Both the position numbers and the translations under genes were made by a program. The notes below the pieces were generated by a model. That model saw only the letters and a program-made list of their open reading frames with translations, made no database searches and had not been told where the DNA came from. Below, piece by piece: positions 6,663 to 13,557 of a stretch of 17,080 nt of DNA; the first letter of the stretch is position 1, and each line of letters begins with the position of its first letter. Source of the DNA: a virus; the IMG/VR virus record IMGVR_UViG_3300006201_000132; one strand, written 5' to 3'.

Positions 6663-6696
6663 CCTTCCACGTGGAAGGGCGGCACCCGCGCCGCCC
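6663..6696 (-). promoter_or_regulatory. Two adjacent hairpins in the 57-bp gap before the fibre gene; the second contains the fibre SD
   Basis: A perfect 16-bp palindrome CCTTCCACGTGGAAGG lies at 6663-6678. On the minus strand its 3' arm is the GGAAGGAG Shine-Dalgarno of the fibre gene. A GC hairpin GGGCGGC/GCCGCCC (6677-6683 / 6690-6696, 6-nt loop) abuts it and shares 2 nt with it. Confidence 0.5.
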
Positions 6697-6711
6697 CAGG
6701 TTGATCTTATT

Positions 6712-7401
6712 CTATACGAAACAGCCCGCTGGCTTCCACCCCTCATTTGGGACGGCTCGGGCGCTGACCGTGGCAAGCCCTCGCGCCGTCAAGCCCGCTT
6801 CGTTGATTTCCTCGACGGTAACGCCGAACTCGGCGATCTGCTCGAGCGAATAGGCATCGGGGGTGAGCCAGCACCAGAGACGGCGCACGGCATCTTTGGA
6901 GGTCATCATTTTGCCTGCGGTCACGTCCCATATAACGTGCTGGTCGATAATAGTCGCGATATACTCCCGCAGCGCCTTGTTCAGCATGTCAATGCTCGTG
7001 TCGGTGTAGGCCGTCAGTTTTTCTGTCTGGGCTACCTGATCGGCAATGAAAGCCGCCGTTTGCTCGGCCTGCGACTTCTCGAAGTCAGCACGGGTCGCCT
7101 CGTCAGTACTCGCAATGAGCGCTTCCAGCTTTTCAAGTTGCGCCGTCAGATCGTCCACCAGCTTTTCGTTCAGCTTATCGATTTGCGTTTGAAGGGCGTT
7201 TACCGCCGTGTTCAGTTGGGGTGCGGTAACGACGTTCTCCTTAATCCACGTTTCCATCTCGTGAATCTGGTTAATTGCGCCCATCATATAGGCAATCTGT
7301 TGGGTAATGCTTACGCTCTCGTCGTACACAAGCGGCCAGGTGACGGCGTTGGGGCCGTAGGCGGGAAGCCCGCAGGACTCCCAGAACATTGTTCTACTCA
7401 T
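6712..7401 (-). CDS. Coiled-coil structural protein (229 aa), probable tail/appendage component
   Basis: It has good coding context: GAGAGG upstream and an 8-nt overlap with the lower-collar gene. The central region of about 100 aa is heptad-like (LNTAVNALQTQIDKLNEKLVDDLTAQLEKLEALI...). It lies between the lower collar and the fibre. The function is inferred from position only. Confidence 0.5.
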   Translation of the reverse strand: MSRTMFWESCGLPAYGPNAVTWPLVYDESVSITQQIAYMMGAINQIHEMETWIKENVVTAPQLNTAVNALQTQIDKLNEKLVDDLTAQLEKLEALIASTDEATRADFEKSQAEQTAAFIADQVAQTEKLTAYTDTSIDMLNKALREYIATIIDQHVIWDVTAGKMMTSKDAVRRLWCWLTPDAYSLEQIAEFGVTVEEINEAGLTARGLATVSARAVPNEGWKPAGCFV

Positions 7402-8182
7402 AGTAATAACCTCTCATTCCGAAACTACCGATCTCAGGTTTCCACAAACCCATAAAGCACACGTCCAATTCCGCGATGACCATCATATCAATGTTCAGCA
7501 GAGCCGAACGCAGACGCTGCACCGCCTCGGCGGCAGTGAGGCCCGTCAATCCCGCCACGTGCTCGGCGTACTTCGCCGTATCCGTGGCGTTCATCTTCGC
7601 TAACTCGTCAATGTCGGTGGAGTTGTCGGCGCTCGTCGTGGACGTTGCGCGGGTATCGCCCGTGGCGTTGCTCCTCGAATCAGCATCCACAAGAGATGAT
7701 GCGTAGTCCTCGCGCCCCGAAAGCTGCATTTGCGGGGTGGAGCTGTTCACCGTGCGGGCAGTGCTCGTCGTGTCCGAGGTCGTGGCCGTGTCGGCCTGCT
7801 CGGTGCGGCTCTCCCGGTACGAGTCCGTGCGGTCGGTGGTGCGCTCCTCTCCGTGGGCCGTGTTCCGCCAGCCGTCCGTTTGTATTTCATGGTTGGCGAA
7901 AGGGCTCTTATCCTTCAAGGCAAGGTCGGATTTGTACACCTCATTGTAGAGCGGCATAATCTCGTTCATTTTGCGGTTGATGAACATTTTGAACAGTTGC
8001 GGCGTTTCCGCCCCGATCTCCCGAAACCAGAAGTGTTCCACGATCTTGCGGTTAAGCTGCTCGCGGTAGGTCTCATCGAAGATCGGGTAGTGCTGCAAAC
8101 CGATGTCGAAGCCGTTTTCGATGAGGCACCCGAGTTCTACGGTGTAGGCCGCGCCGACATGGTAGTTAAGAAAGCCCGTCAT
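7394..8182 (-). CDS. Lower collar protein (phi29 gp11-like)
   Basis: It lies directly after the portal. The N-terminal half (YPIFDETYREQLNRKIVEHFWFREIGAETPQLFKMFINRKMNEIMPLYNEVY) matches the conserved REIG-x-ET ... IMP-x-YN pattern I associate with gp11-family lower collars. The central region is S/T/D-rich. GGAGGTGA lies upstream. Confidence 0.75.
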   Translation of the reverse strand: MTGFLNYHVGAAYTVELGCLIENGFDIGLQHYPIFDETYREQLNRKIVEHFWFREIGAETPQLFKMFINRKMNEIMPLYNEVYKSDLALKDKSPFANHEIQTDGWRNTAHGEERTTDRTDSYRESRTEQADTATTSDTTSTARTVNSSTPQMQLSGREDYASSLVDADSRSNATGDTRATSTTSADNSTDIDELAKMNATDTAKYAEHVAGLTGLTAAEAVQRLRSALLNIDMMVIAELDVCFMGLWKPEIGSFGMRGYYYE

Positions 8183-9104
8183 TATCGCTCACCTCCAATG
8201 CGGGATAATCCCCGTCCTCGGTGCCGCCCGCCGTGTTGACGATTTCCCACATCTCACTGGAAAAATCCCGGTTGAAGTCCACCCACATATCCAGCCCCCA
8301 GCGGCGGTTAATCTCCTTACACCCCTCGCGCAGACAATCCAGGGAAATAAGGCGCATGGTGGACAGCTCGACGTTGTTGGACTCAACTTCGGCGGTCTGC
8401 ACGCGCTCGGGCTTGTCAACGGGCGAGTTATCCACGCCCCAGCGGGTAAGGTAGTCGCGCCAAAGGTTGTTTTGAGCGTCTTGCAGCTTGTCATAGACAA
8501 AGGGCGCATCTGCGGCAAGGTACTTTGTCTCCACGCCGTCCATGAGCGCGTCAACGCCGATCACCACAGGTTCCCCGCCTTGCCATTGGCTCACGAGGTT
8601 GTTGATGGTCACGCGTTTTTCCTCGGGGCAGGTGATGATAACGGGGGTCATCTGCTGCGACAAGTTGCAGTCCATCGCACGGTCTAGGTACGCGAGTCGT
8701 GCAGCGAACCGCTGGAAGGTCGGGCGCATATTGTTACGGCGGTAGTTGAGCCACAGCGGTACGCACTCTTCGGCCTTGAGCAGTCGCCGGAAAGAGCCGT
8801 TCGCGCCGTAGGCGTTGAACGCGATGGGATTGTTGTACATATTGTAGGCACCGCCGGGCGTTGCCATGAGGGACAGAAACTTGTCGGTGGTCTCGTCGCG
8901 GAAGAACACCGACAAGCCCCGTTCCAAAAGCGTCAGGGTCAGAAAGCGGCGGTCGATCTCAACGGGTACGTTTTCCCATTTCAGTGTTGCACACGCTACC
9001 TGCTGGCACAGATCGAGCCAATAGTCGTAGTAAGCATCATTGGCGTTTGCTGTCTGATTCGGATTGTCGCGCGTCGTGATCTTGTTTTTTCGCTTGCGGG
9101 ACAT
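8166..9104 (-). CDS. Portal / head-tail connector (upper collar), phi29 gp10-like
   Basis: At 312 aa it is close to the 309 aa of gp10. The basic N-terminus is MSRKRKNK (gp10 begins MARKRSN). Further matches are WENVP (gp10 WENLP), MTPVI, and KYLAADAPFVYDKLQDAQNNLW (gp10 [20 protein letters not shown], from memory). TAATG couples it to the upstream gene. Confidence 0.9.
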   Translation of the reverse strand: MSRKRKNKITTRDNPNQTANANDAYYDYWLDLCQQVACATLKWENVPVEIDRRFLTLTLLERGLSVFFRDETTDKFLSLMATPGGAYNMYNNPIAFNAYGANGSFRRLLKAEECVPLWLNYRRNNMRPTFQRFAARLAYLDRAMDCNLSQQMTPVIITCPEEKRVTINNLVSQWQGGEPVVIGVDALMDGVETKYLAADAPFVYDKLQDAQNNLWRDYLTRWGVDNSPVDKPERVQTAEVESNNVELSTMRLISLDCLREGCKEINRRWGLDMWVDFNRDFSSEMWEIVNTAGGTEDGDYPALEVSDNDGLS

Positions 9105-11335
9105 TAGTAGGATACCCCCTTAAAGGTGTTCGCGTCATAGCTGATTTTTCCGATCTCATCGGGGTTTACCCACACGGTGACCCCGCTTTCAAAAATGCCG
9201 CGAATGGTTTGTTTAAAGGTCTCGGGTATCATACCGAAAATTACACAATCGCGCATCTGCCAATAGGTGAACTTGCTCATGCACTTGAGGTCAGCGGGTG
9301 GCACCAGAAAGCGGTTCACGTAGTAGCCGTATCGCTGAAAATATTGGCCGATCTGGCGAAGGTACTGCGGTTTGATTCTCTTCCATTTCAAGAAAACGCC
9401 CATGATGCCGTTTGCAACATTGTAGGTGGAGCCGTTCAGCTGACCTGAAACGCTGGGCTGGGTCAACTGAGCGTCGCGCACGGTGGCTTGAATACCTTGA
9501 ATGGCCTGCTGGTAATCGCCGTTCGCGGCGTAGTTGGCGTAGGTGTAATTAGTATCGGCCACCTGCCGCTGATAGGCCAAGTTGTTCCCCAGTGCCTGGT
9601 TAGCTGCCGAAAGCTGATTGGTGGTGGTGCGCGTTGTCCAGTCGGCGTTAGCCGTCATGTCCAGGTAGGCGGTGCCTGCCGCCAACGCGCCCTGAGCCGC
9701 CCCGCCGAGGTTACCGCTTACCAGCGAGCCTACAGCGCCAATACCCCCTGAGGCGATGCCTTTAATACCGCTCCAAGCGTTTTGCTCGAGGGCGATACCC
9801 GTTTGCTTCATGGCAAGGTTATTGGAAACATCTTGATTGGCCTGTTGGTTGCCCATGCTCGCGTCGGCGAGGTTAAGGGCGTTGTTTGCTGCCGTCAGTG
9901 ATTTTTGCTGTGCCCATGAAGCATTAGAATACTGGTAGGCAATTGAATTAGCATTCGAGGCAAGATAGTAAGTATACATGTTGTTGACTGTAGCCAACTG
10001 GGGAAAGCCTTCATAACTAACGGATGCATCCAAGAACTCGCCGCCTTCAACAGCCACATTGTCACTGAGTCCGGCCACATTCTCGCTTGTATAGGACTGT
10101 GCGGGGTTAAAACGCCCGTTGTAGCGGTGAGGCCAGTATACAAACTTCATGTTTGGAGGCGTTAAACAGCTACGCAGCTTGAAATGCGAAGTTTGCTCAA
10201 AGGTGGTGCCGTCCACGTTCTCGGATTCAAGGATACGCATATACTGCGGTTTCAGAACCACTGGGTTACCCTGATATGTGGTCATCTCAATAAAGCAATA
10301 GGGAAACTGCCACAACTTCAGGTAATTGTAAAAACCCTCGCCGATAAGATCGCTATAGAAATGTCTGAAAGTGTTTTGTACCATGTAATCACGAGTGTTA
10401 GTGGAGCGCTTATTAGGGCGATACATAACCACATTCGTTGATTTACCGCCAAGGTGAACGCCAGTTGGATAGTCCAAAGGGTAAACTAGCCACGAGGGAA
10501 TACACGTCATTGAGACAATTCCCTGGGAAACCCAGGGGGCATCTTGCAACTGCCGAAAGAATTTCGGGATGTCCGCGCCGTGTACCAGATAAGCATCGCA
10601 GCCAATGGGAACACCAAAGAGGTTGCAACCTTTAGCAGTCTTCAACTCGGGTTTCGTGGTGCTTCCCCAGTCCTCCGTTAGATCGGTATTGCTGATGACA
10701 AGCACAAACCACGCTGTATCGGCACCGCTTGTGTCTTTATTGAGCACAAAAAACTCTTGGTGAACAACGTCGTATTCATCGCCATATTCAAGGCCCTCGG
10801 GGTCTTGGATATAGTCGGCCATGTTGTACAGCGTCAGGTTTTTATTACTGGCGGCTATATGGCCTCGCGTGATATATGATCGTCCGAAGGTTATACGATC
10901 ATAATAGGTCATCCAAACATCGAGCTGCACGATAAGCGCCGTAGTATTCGGTGCGACGTACTGAACATCTTGAACGAAGTAATAGAACTTGTCGGGCTTT
11001 CGCGCCGGGGTGCTCGATCTCGTGGGGACGGGCTGAATGGGATTCTCCGCGATAAGATAGTTCATCTGGTTGCACTGGGAAAAGGGAAGGGGAACCATAA
11101 CAGGCTCCCCGTACTTAAGATAGACGAACCCCGTGAGGCGGGCCGAGTCAACCCGCCCCACGCGGTTTTGAAACCAGGTGTCACGCGCTTGCGTCGAATC
11201 GAAGCGCACCACATCGCGGTAACTCGAATCCCACGGGACGTTCGTCAGGGTAATGGAGGTGTTGGGAGTCCACACGCTGTAATCGAACTCGGGCGTATAG
11301 GGCTCCCGCTCCTCGGTAGTCTCGTAGGTCGCCAT
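9104..11335 (-). CDS. Tail knob / distal tail tube protein (phi29 gp9-like), 743 aa
   Basis: It lies between the capsid and portal genes, as gp9 does. The N-terminal region (LTNVPWDSSYRDVVRFDS...WF...YLIAEN...KFYYFVQDVQYVAPNTTALIVQLDVWMTY) parallels the gp9 N-terminus (ADVPFSNDYKNTRWF...YIMFQN...WFYAFVTELEF...EIDVLQTWMF). It contains a Gly/Ala-rich hydrophobic stretch at residues 521-558. Confidence 0.85.
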   Translation of the reverse strand: MATYETTEEREPYTPEFDYSVWTPNTSITLTNVPWDSSYRDVVRFDSTQARDTWFQNRVGRVDSARLTGFVYLKYGEPVMVPLPFSQCNQMNYLIAENPIQPVPTRSSTPARKPDKFYYFVQDVQYVAPNTTALIVQLDVWMTYYDRITFGRSYITRGHIAASNKNLTLYNMADYIQDPEGLEYGDEYDVVHQEFFVLNKDTSGADTAWFVLVISNTDLTEDWGSTTKPELKTAKGCNLFGVPIGCDAYLVHGADIPKFFRQLQDAPWVSQGIVSMTCIPSWLVYPLDYPTGVHLGGKSTNVVMYRPNKRSTNTRDYMVQNTFRHFYSDLIGEGFYNYLKLWQFPYCFIEMTTYQGNPVVLKPQYMRILESENVDGTTFEQTSHFKLRSCLTPPNMKFVYWPHRYNGRFNPAQSYTSENVAGLSDNVAVEGGEFLDASVSYEGFPQLATVNNMYTYYLASNANSIAYQYSNASWAQQKSLTAANNALNLADASMGNQQANQDVSNNLAMKQTGIALEQNAWSGIKGIASGGIGAVGSLVSGNLGGAAQGALAAGTAYLDMTANADWTTRTTTNQLSAANQALGNNLAYQRQVADTNYTYANYAANGDYQQAIQGIQATVRDAQLTQPSVSGQLNGSTYNVANGIMGVFLKWKRIKPQYLRQIGQYFQRYGYYVNRFLVPPADLKCMSKFTYWQMRDCVIFGMIPETFKQTIRGIFESGVTVWVNPDEIGKISYDANTFKGVSY

Positions 11336-11340
11336 GGTGT

Positions 11341-12765
11341 TTACTCCGCGGGTTCGGCGGGAACCCCCACCACAACATCGATAGTGCCCGTGATGTACTG
11401 GCCCTTAGTTGCCCCAGCCTTCGAGGGGTAAACGCTCGTGGCGGTCACGGTCAGCTTCGCGTTCGTCTCGCCCTTGCCAACGTGCAACATACCATCGGCA
11501 TCGATATAGGTTCGATCAGCCAGGGGCTTGCCAGCAGTGGCGCTGATAGACCACATAACACCCTGGGGAATCTCAATAGAGCCTTCGGGGTCGGTGGTAC
11601 CCGTAACGGTCGCCTTCAAACGAAGTTCGCCGCCAGGCTTGACGGTAGCAGCGCCGCCCTCAGCCTCCACGGCCACGCCCGTAACGTCGAAAGTGGGCTT
11701 GACCTGGGGAGTTCCCGCATTGGTGGTCAGCATCACGCTATTGACCATGCGAGAAAGGCTATAAATTCCGTCGTGGTGCCACCAGTAATTCCAGCTGCGG
11801 CCCTGAGGGTTCTCAATGGACTTGAAGGCCATATAGGTATCCCAGCAGAAGATATGGCGCTCGTCGCACATGATCGCCTGGCACCCCTCGATACCGAAAT
11901 CGTCAATGGGAATGATCTCAAGGCGAATGGCGTTGGTATCGCGGAAGGCGTAGGGAATCACGTAGGTATCGAGCACGGAGGCCAAATGTGGTTCAGCGAA
12001 AACGACGATCTTATGACCGCGCGAGGACGTGGGCCAGTGAAGGCCGTTGTAATCGCTCTTCATGAAATCGAAGTTGTATTTATACTCGTCGACGATCTGG
12101 GCGATATAGAGCGCCTGAGCCTCAACAGCGGCTTTGTCAAGCTTGTTTTCAACAGCGGGAACTTCGATCTTAAAATAACCGTGCTCCTGGTCATAGAGAC
12201 GGAAGAGGTTTTTCATGATCAAGAATTCGTCCAGCTCGTCGGAGATATAGGGGGCCTCCATGACCGAATTAACGTACTCCTGCAAACCGTATTCGTTGAG
12301 CATAGCACGACGCAGGAGCATTTCGTTCACCGTCAGTTTGTAATAGTCCTGGCGGTTAATGTCGTGGAAGGCGCTTGCGGTCTCGACGGGAGCGCAGCTG
12401 AAAATATCCTCGTGACATTCGTTCGGGTCATAGCGGTGTGCCTGAATGATATTGGTACGGTACTCCTCCACCGTATCGCCGTACTCCATCATACCGCGCT
12501 TGAGCGGCTTAAGCGGGTTGCTCCACGTCTGACCCTGCATGACAACCATACCGATCCGGTTGACAAGCGCGTTAGCGAACTCGTTCCAGGCAGGGCGGTA
12601 GGAATCCATAGCCTTAATGGTGGACGCAATGTCGCCCTGATCGGCGGCGGGGATGCGCTCCCGATAGGTGGGGCTCGCCTCCTCGCGAATGGCATTAAGG
12701 ATGTTAACGTTGGTGGCCTTCTCGTTGAGAGTGCGGACCTGGGTGTTGGTACGGGCAACCGGCAT
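11341..12765 (-). CDS. Major capsid protein (phi29 gp8-like, HK97 fold) with C-terminal Ig-like (Big_2-type) domain
   Basis: NILNAIREE, LVNRIGMVV, NPLKPLKRG and GDTVEE align with remembered gp8 motifs (IVNAIRN, LVDRIGLVV, NPLKKFKKG, GRTIEE). The C-terminal 100 aa or so (VTGVAVEAEGGAATVKPGGELRLKATVTGT...KLTVTATS) is a typical bacterial Ig-like group 2 pattern. Confidence 0.9.
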   Translation of the reverse strand: MPVARTNTQVRTLNEKATNVNILNAIREEASPTYRERIPAADQGDIASTIKAMDSYRPAWNEFANALVNRIGMVVMQGQTWSNPLKPLKRGMMEYGDTVEEYRTNIIQAHRYDPNECHEDIFSCAPVETASAFHDINRQDYYKLTVNEMLLRRAMLNEYGLQEYVNSVMEAPYISDELDEFLIMKNLFRLYDQEHGYFKIEVPAVENKLDKAAVEAQALYIAQIVDEYKYNFDFMKSDYNGLHWPTSSRGHKIVVFAEPHLASVLDTYVIPYAFRDTNAIRLEIIPIDDFGIEGCQAIMCDERHIFCWDTYMAFKSIENPQGRSWNYWWHHDGIYSLSRMVNSVMLTTNAGTPQVKPTFDVTGVAVEAEGGAATVKPGGELRLKATVTGTTDPEGSIEIPQGVMWSISATAGKPLADRTYIDADGMLHVGKGETNAKLTVTATSVYPSKAGATKGQYITGTIDVVVGVPAEPAE

Positions 12766-12767
12766 GA

Positions 12768-13115
12768 TTAATCCTCCTTACCGTCAGCGTCAACGTCGCT
12801 GAACAGATTGTCGATGTGAATAACTTCGCCCTCGTCGGTAACGTTCTCCTCCACGATGCCGTCACCGTCGTTCTCGGTGTCGCCTGCGGGAATCTGCATC
12901 AGCAGGTCGTAGTTTCGCGCCTTGAGGTCTTGCACACTCGCAGAAAGCGAGTCGTTACCTTCGGCGAGTTCCGCGATTTTCGCGTCGCGAACGCTCAGAT
13001 CATCGTCGTAGGCGCTGCCCTTGTCGTAGAGGTTGCGGAGCCATTGCGTAGTGCTCTCGTGGTCTCCCTCCTCGACACCTGCGAGCACCAGGGCCAAAAG
13101 CTGCTCGAAGTCCAT
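12768..13115 (-). CDS. Scaffolding protein candidate (115 aa, very acidic, coiled-coil)
   Basis: It lies immediately upstream of the capsid gene, as phi29 gp7 does. It is rich in D/E, has a heptad-like central segment, and is small. No sequence family was recognised, so the call rests on position and composition. Confidence 0.6.
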   Translation of the reverse strand: MDFEQLLALVLAGVEEGDHESTTQWLRNLYDKGSAYDDDLSVRDAKIAELAEGNDSLSASVQDLKARNYDLLMQIPAGDTENDGDGIVEENVTDEGEVIHIDNLFSDVDADGKED

Positions 13116-13129
13116 ATTTCCGTCCTTTC

Positions 13130-13166
13130 AAAAACGAAAAGCCCCGATGACGCAAGCCATCGGGGC
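13130..13166 (-). terminator. Strong intrinsic terminator at the early/late junction
   Basis: On the minus strand the stem is GCCCCGAUG/CAUCGGGGC. It extends to about 11 bp around a UUGC tetraloop and is followed by UUUUCGUUUUU (13140-13130). The U-tract ends 2 nt before the AAAGGA RBS of the scaffold gene. On the + strand no T-run follows the stem. Confidence 0.8.
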
Positions 13167-13292
13167 AATGGTTAATGGTGGCGAGCGCCCTCGGCGGCGG
13201 CTCTGGTCGCGTCCAGTCACAAACGGGGCGGTTTGACCCGTGCGAATCCCCGTACTGTTCTACACACCTGACCGAAAGCAGCCACCATCGGG
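13130..13292 (-). ncRNA. Candidate structured non-coding RNA (pRNA-like or regulatory leader), about 160 nt, 5' end undefined
   Basis: The 177-bp gap has no ORF. Complementarities seen by eye are: GAUGGUGGC (13289-13281) with GCCACCAUU (13182-13174); GCUUUCGG (13279-13272) with CCGAGGGC (13194-13187); and CAGUACGGGG (13256-13247) with CCCCGU..ACUG (13227-13222 and 13216-13213). The segment ends in the terminator hairpin. The position is syntenic with the phi29 pRNA gene. Confidence 0.35.
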
Positions 13293-13514
13293 CTAATGGT
13301 AGCTGTTTTCAAAGTTTTCCGCAATACCTTCAAACTCGTAGGCCATTTCTCGGCGGCTCGCGATATCGTTCTTCTCCATAACATCGGTAAACTCCCACAG
13401 GTTCATAACGGCGAGGCGCACCACCTCGCCACGAGACCAGTTCATTTTCATTGCCAACGTGTCCACATAGTCGGCTTGCTGGTCGGTAAGCGTGAAGCTG
13501 CGTTCAATGCTCAT
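13293..13514 (-). CDS. Ribbon-helix-helix (CopG/Arc-like) DNA-binding protein candidate, 73 aa
   Basis: The sequence from MSIERSFTLTDQQADYVDTLAMKMNWSRGEVVRLAVMNL fits the strand-helix-helix pattern of RHH regulators. ATG 13514 has TAAGGAGA 7 nt upstream. The longer track start at 13547 has no RBS. Confidence 0.5.
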   Translation of the reverse strand: MSIERSFTLTDQQADYVDTLAMKMNWSRGEVVRLAVMNLWEFTDVMEKNDIASRREMAYEFEGIAENFENSYH

Positions 13515-13557
13515 AATGTTTCTCCTTACTTGTCTAAATACATTCATGGTGGCTCAC

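Noticed and set aside
11482-12771. A 429-aa ORF on the + strand, antisense to the capsid gene. Other long antisense ORFs are of the same kind: 14983-15870, 2983-3615, 7730-8239, 5407-5988, 16068-16643 and 6937-7455.
   Set aside because: They have no RBS. Their translations are low-information and rich in G/R/V/L/H, which is typical of the mirror frame of a GC-biased gene where TTA, CTA and TCA codons are rare. Each lies entirely inside a minus-strand gene that has clear family motifs.
13141-13292. Classic antiterminator model in which the 5' copy of CCCGATGG (13292-13285) pairs with the terminator 3' arm.
   Set aside because: The 5' element duplicates the terminator 5' arm and lies about 130 nt further away, so it would be kinetically disfavoured. 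The same 5' element also has a better partner (GCCACCAT at 13182-13175). It is kept only as a note under the early/late junction finding.
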